64,000 nt of DNA, taken from NCBI GenBank assembly GCA_965649765.1, contig OZ287752.1:78368001-78432000 (forward strand), given 5' to 3'. The position numbers were made by a program, and so were the translations under genes. Positions within the stretch are counted from its first letter, which is position 1. Each line of letters opens with the position of its first letter. This DNA is from Bispira polyomma. Its lineage: Eukaryota. The notes under the pieces were generated by a model. That model had not been told where the DNA came from and searched no databases. It saw only the letters and a program-made list of their open reading frames with translations. Shown here in pieces: positions 61,401 through 64,000 of the stretch.

Positions 61401-62768
61401 TTGGTGATGGAGCAGTGGATTCCACCTGGTAGATTTTACTAGAAATTGTTATGTTTGAGCTTCTAGTAACAACAGATTAATTATCAAATGATTGTATGTG
61501 TGATGAGCTCTTACCAGTTTTGATGGCTAAGTCTGTAATCTCATGAATAAGTGGCCGGGTCCTTTCTTCTGGGTTTCCAACACTCAAATCTGCACCGTTG
61601 TCAAGCAAAAACAGCAAAGGCTGGACAAGCCCTCTCTCTACGGCTGACACCAGTGGCTTCTTCAGTGGATTTGTACCAGCAACGCTAGCCTGATGCTTGG
61701 TCAAGACTTTCAGATAAGACAAGACACTGTGTGAAGAATGGCCTTTGTCTGACAGAAACTCAATGCATTCAGCCAAGTCTGCATTGTGTAAATGGACATT
61801 CTCCAGAAAAACATTTTGTGACATCAGGGAACAAACCGCTTGCCACTTATTTCTCTCAAGCATCCTGTGAAGTGCTTCAGTCAGACACATTGGAGGATCA
61901 TCCATCATACCGAAGTTTGCATCTAGAAATGAATAGGAAACAAAGAGAAGCAGGTTACAGGTGTTATAAAAGCAAACTACAGTTTGCATAACACAAATTT
62001 CTACAACACCTGCTAAATGAATTTACTCTTTACAAAAACTTCACAAGAAATAAATTTATCAAATACTATAATTGTTTTGATTTATTTTTGACAGAAGCTC
62101 CTGTTCATTAAACTTTTTTCTTTTTGAAAAATATGTAGATTGAATTTCCTCTTTGAGCACCACTAAAGTATAAAATATAGTGGCCAAATGTTTTTATCAA
62201 ATCTAAAATTTGCCATTTAAGAAAAATAACAAAATTAAGTAGAAAATAAATTATATTTGCAAGCCTGGTTGACACACATGAACTATGGTTAAAAAGTCAA
62301 AATTTAAGACGAAAACAGGAATTTTAAATTGGTACAAACTCTTGGGAATTTCACATTCCCTACTTGATATGCAAGAAGGGTTTGAATCCTGTTCATTCCT
62401 TCATGTGGGAAGGTTTGTCAGGTACTTGTCCTAGGTCAGTGGTTTACAGTGCTTCAGCACTGGTTTTTGAAAGCGATGTAAAACCTAACTAAATTGTAAA
62501 TTCTGATATGTAAGATAAAAAGGGTAAAAAATAAATGATTTACCAGCTACATCTACATCAAGGATATCGAGTATAGACACCCACACCATCATATAGTCAC
62601 ACGACAACTGGTAAAGTTTGGACTCCCTGGATCTTCCATTGTGTGAAGCAAACTTTAGCATACAAGCCATGGCATTTGGTAATGATAAATGACTCTCTGG
62701 AGAGTGCTTTAGCATTAGCAGTATCTCAACATGTGTCCTGTTGTGAACAGGTTGACTAACATTTGTGG
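43335..62768 (-). CDS. TRANK1: TRANK1/LBA1-like TPR and ankyrin repeat protein with UvrD-type SF1 helicase; 11 exons, 5' part beyond window end
   Basis: Exons 62768-62544, 61922-61515, 57965-56613, 56341-54987, 54202-54088, 53413-53207, 51848-51523, 50944-50789, 49524-49296, 47161-44223, 43415-43335 are phase-consistent. Ankyrin motifs (GNSLLHHVA, NSAGETP), Walker A GRSGTGKT, IDEAQD, LTGDTAQTI, NYRSH, TIYEAKGLEF, LYTAVTRAR, then TPR-like repeats. May be a lineage-specific paralogue rather than the strict orthologue. Confidence 0.9.
43848..44085 (-). mobile_element. tRNA-derived SINE
   Basis: Reverse-orientation homologue of 34771-35012. Confidence 0.65.
44223..47161 (-). CDS. TRANK1: TRANK1-like 2.9-kb exon (helical region, IQ-like and zinc-finger-like motifs)
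   Basis: ORF 44190-47231 trimmed to ttccag|..AAG|gtttgt. Confidence 0.9.
47594..49231 (-). mobile_element. Non-autonomous Helitron/Helentron-like element with internal ~122-bp satellite array
   Basis: Minus-strand 3' end is a GC hairpin followed by CTAG in a T-run; subterminal inverted repeat TGTATCCACC (47632) / GGTGGATACA (49220); about 9 internal units TTTGACCTTGAA..AAGGTCAAAT..CATGATTTCCTATAGG..GCGAGATATAGGCACTTT. Confidence 0.65.
49296..49524 (-). CDS. TRANK1: TRANK1-like exon
   Basis: ctatag| ELNEDMQED..IMEKE(G) |gtaaat. Confidence 0.85.
50088..50635 (-). mobile_element. 5'-truncated CR1/L2-type LINE with intact 3' UTR and (ATT)n tail
   Basis: LKSLHWLPV C-terminal RT region; near-identical to 59864-60260. 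Confidence 0.85.
50789..50944 (-). CDS. TRANK1: TRANK1-like exon (TPR-like)
   Basis: ttacag| YALAANVC..YKEAAECY..IKQFS |gtatgt. Confidence 0.87.
51523..51848 (-). CDS. TRANK1: TRANK1-like exon (TPR-like)
   Basis: acttag| (D)IPEQLFASETTTKEWEEQG..KKLEQ |gtaaga. Confidence 0.9.
52055..52265 (-). mobile_element. Degenerate tRNA-derived SINE
   Basis: Homologous to 43848-44085. Confidence 0.6.
53207..53413 (-). CDS. TRANK1: TRANK1-like exon (helicase motif VI)
   Basis: DLKYLYTAVTRARRKLWIYDE. Confidence 0.92.
54088..54202 (-). CDS. TRANK1: TRANK1-like exon
   Basis: ttgtag| TASDWDVIRGDCKE..DIQEQ |gtacta; bridges phase 0 to 1. Confidence 0.8.
54987..56341 (-). CDS. TRANK1: TRANK1-like exon (helicase motifs Ia-V)
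   Basis: QLFVTKN, IDEAQDF, GDTAQTIMRG, NYRSHEG, EAKGLEFEDV. Confidence 0.94.
56613..57965 (-). CDS. TRANK1: TRANK1-like exon (ankyrin to Walker A)
   Basis: DAEGNSLLHHVA; LLGRSGTGKTTCC. Confidence 0.93.
58440..59075 (-). mobile_element. Degenerate LINE 3' end fragments
   Basis: LHW-, APTLW- and LKTHL-like remnants; a (TTAGA)n tail at 58863-58883 next to the same GCGCCTTAGAAT 3' motif seen in the other LINE copies. Confidence 0.55.
59864..61420 (-). mobile_element. 5'-truncated CR1/L2-type LINE (RT pseudogene)
   Basis: YQSAYKKYHSTETAL, LLDLSAAFDTID, GVPQGSVLGPLLF, HFYADDTQIY, LHWLPV; frameshifts; (ATT)n tail. Confidence 0.92.
61515..61922 (-). CDS. TRANK1: TRANK1-like exon (ankyrin-like)
   Basis: PLVSAVERG..LLDNGAD; ttctag|..|gtaaga. 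Confidence 0.87.
62544..62768 (-). CDS. TRANK1: TRANK1-like exon (most 5' in window)
   Basis: tcctag|..DVDVA(D)|gtaaat; open frame, phase matches the next exon. Confidence 0.7.
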
Positions 62769-62869
62769 CTAGGAAAAGGAAACAACAAGAATTATATACG
62801 TAAGCATATCAAATAGATCTTTAAAGTTGTTTTAGTGTACAAGGTTAAAGTAATGTTGAAGTCACGAAA

Positions 62870-63170
62870 AAAAATGACAGAGCTGACAGAAATTTAGAAG
62901 CCGCCAAATCAGAAATTCTTTTGAAAATTGACATGAGCTCCACAAAATATGCCCTTTGGGTACAAAATGAGCTTCAAATCGCTCTATCTCTCACTGTTTC
63001 TGAGATAAATGTTTTTAAAAAAAACAGGCAGAAATTCAATATGGCCGCCAAAATCGTAAATGTTTTGAAAAGTTGACATATGCTCTGCCAAATATGCCCT
63101 GCAGATCAAAAATGAGCTCCAATTCATTCTATTTTGCACTGTTTTGGAGATAACTGACTTATTTTTAAAA
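62870..63170. repeat. Dispersed repeat with two ~140-bp internal copies (GGCCGCCA motif)
   Basis: CAGAAATT..GCCGCCAAA..TTTGAAAA.TTGACAT..AAATATGCCCT..AAAATGAGCT occurs twice. Confidence 0.55.
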
Positions 63171-63941
63171 TCTCTGAATTTTCCACATTTTCAAACTTTA
63201 AATCATTGTCTCCGTAACGATCGCATATGTGTATATTAATGAATGTGATAAAAAAAAAAAAAAATTCCCATTTTGTGTGATTCATTGGCCAGTCAATCAA
63301 TCAATTATTAACCAATTAATCTAAAAATTTACAGATGTCTAGGTCTTTGTATGTGTAATGTGCATGCCAAATTTCATTGAACTATCACAAGTACTTCAAA
63401 AGAAAAGTGAGCTATGACAAATACTTTTTCAGAAAACCCAAATTTTGACAAGCATATTTACACCCCCAAGATCATCTGACCTTTAAGTAAAAATAATTTT
63501 GGTACAGATAATATTAAAGAAGATATTCAAGAAAGACCATGATGCGGCGGCGGTGAGGAAACTAGGGGTTAAAACAAATAAGCACCCTTTTCAATGGACA
63601 CCTAATTACATTCATGAACATCGGTACTAAATATAAATTTTTATATTTCAAGTCTATTTCATACATAGAAAACAAACTGGAAAAAAAATAACAAATAACA
63701 GACAATATACAAAAAATAGAGATTTACAATGTAAACTTTCTTCTAGGAGTTAATGTGATACAAAGTGGATAACATTTTTCAGTCATTAGTAATATGGTCT
63801 AAGATCAAACTGAGGTGAAAAGTTAAGGTCAAAATGCGGTCATGATACTTCACATATACACCTCCTGTTAGAAATATTTCTAGGATATAGATTATACATG
63901 ATTTCAAGGTCATCACTCCAAGGTCAGTGGATTAGTTCGGG

Positions 63942-64000
63942 TTTAATATATCAGCTTTAATATTTAATATTTAATATATCAGCTTTAATATTTAATATAT
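63942..64000. repeat. AT-rich tandem repeat running off the window end
   Basis: TTTAATA heptamers with a recurring TATCAGC. Confidence 0.7.

Overview
AT-rich invertebrate animal genomic DNA (repeat content looks lophotrochozoan or mollusc-like; this is inference) with two convergent intron-rich host genes, both running off the window. On + are 15 phase-consistent 3' exons of an ALMS1 orthologue (5593-30978), recognised from the PYKP-GS-YYV, TTVES-H-GS-DA, SWFVP/PWR-PLRE motifs and the C-terminal ALMS motif. On - are 11 exons of a TRANK1/LBA1-like ankyrin + SF1 (UvrD-type) helicase + TPR gene (62768-43335). Two decayed copies of one DIRS1-type tyrosine-recombinase retrotransposon lie in sense within the ALMS1 locus. 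One is complete (10811-16711: inverted LTRs, ICR, gag, RT-RNaseH-MT, YR); the other is cut by the window start. The window also holds tRNA-derived SINEs, CR1/L2-type LINE fragments, Tc1/pogo-type MITEs and a Helitron-like element with a satellite core. The most unusual signal is that at least five ALMS1 splice junctions have been copied into tandem arrays whose unit spans the exon-intron boundary, while I saw none at the TRANK1 junctions. These arrays create many decoy splice sites, and the decoys nearest the true site are often the mutated ones. Other notable points: an identical in-frame TGA before the YR catalytic Tyr in both DIRS copies, a poly(A)-like end on DIRS copy 1, and a 47-bp palindromic insertion whose empty site is visible next door. 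All exon boundaries and counts were derived by eye.
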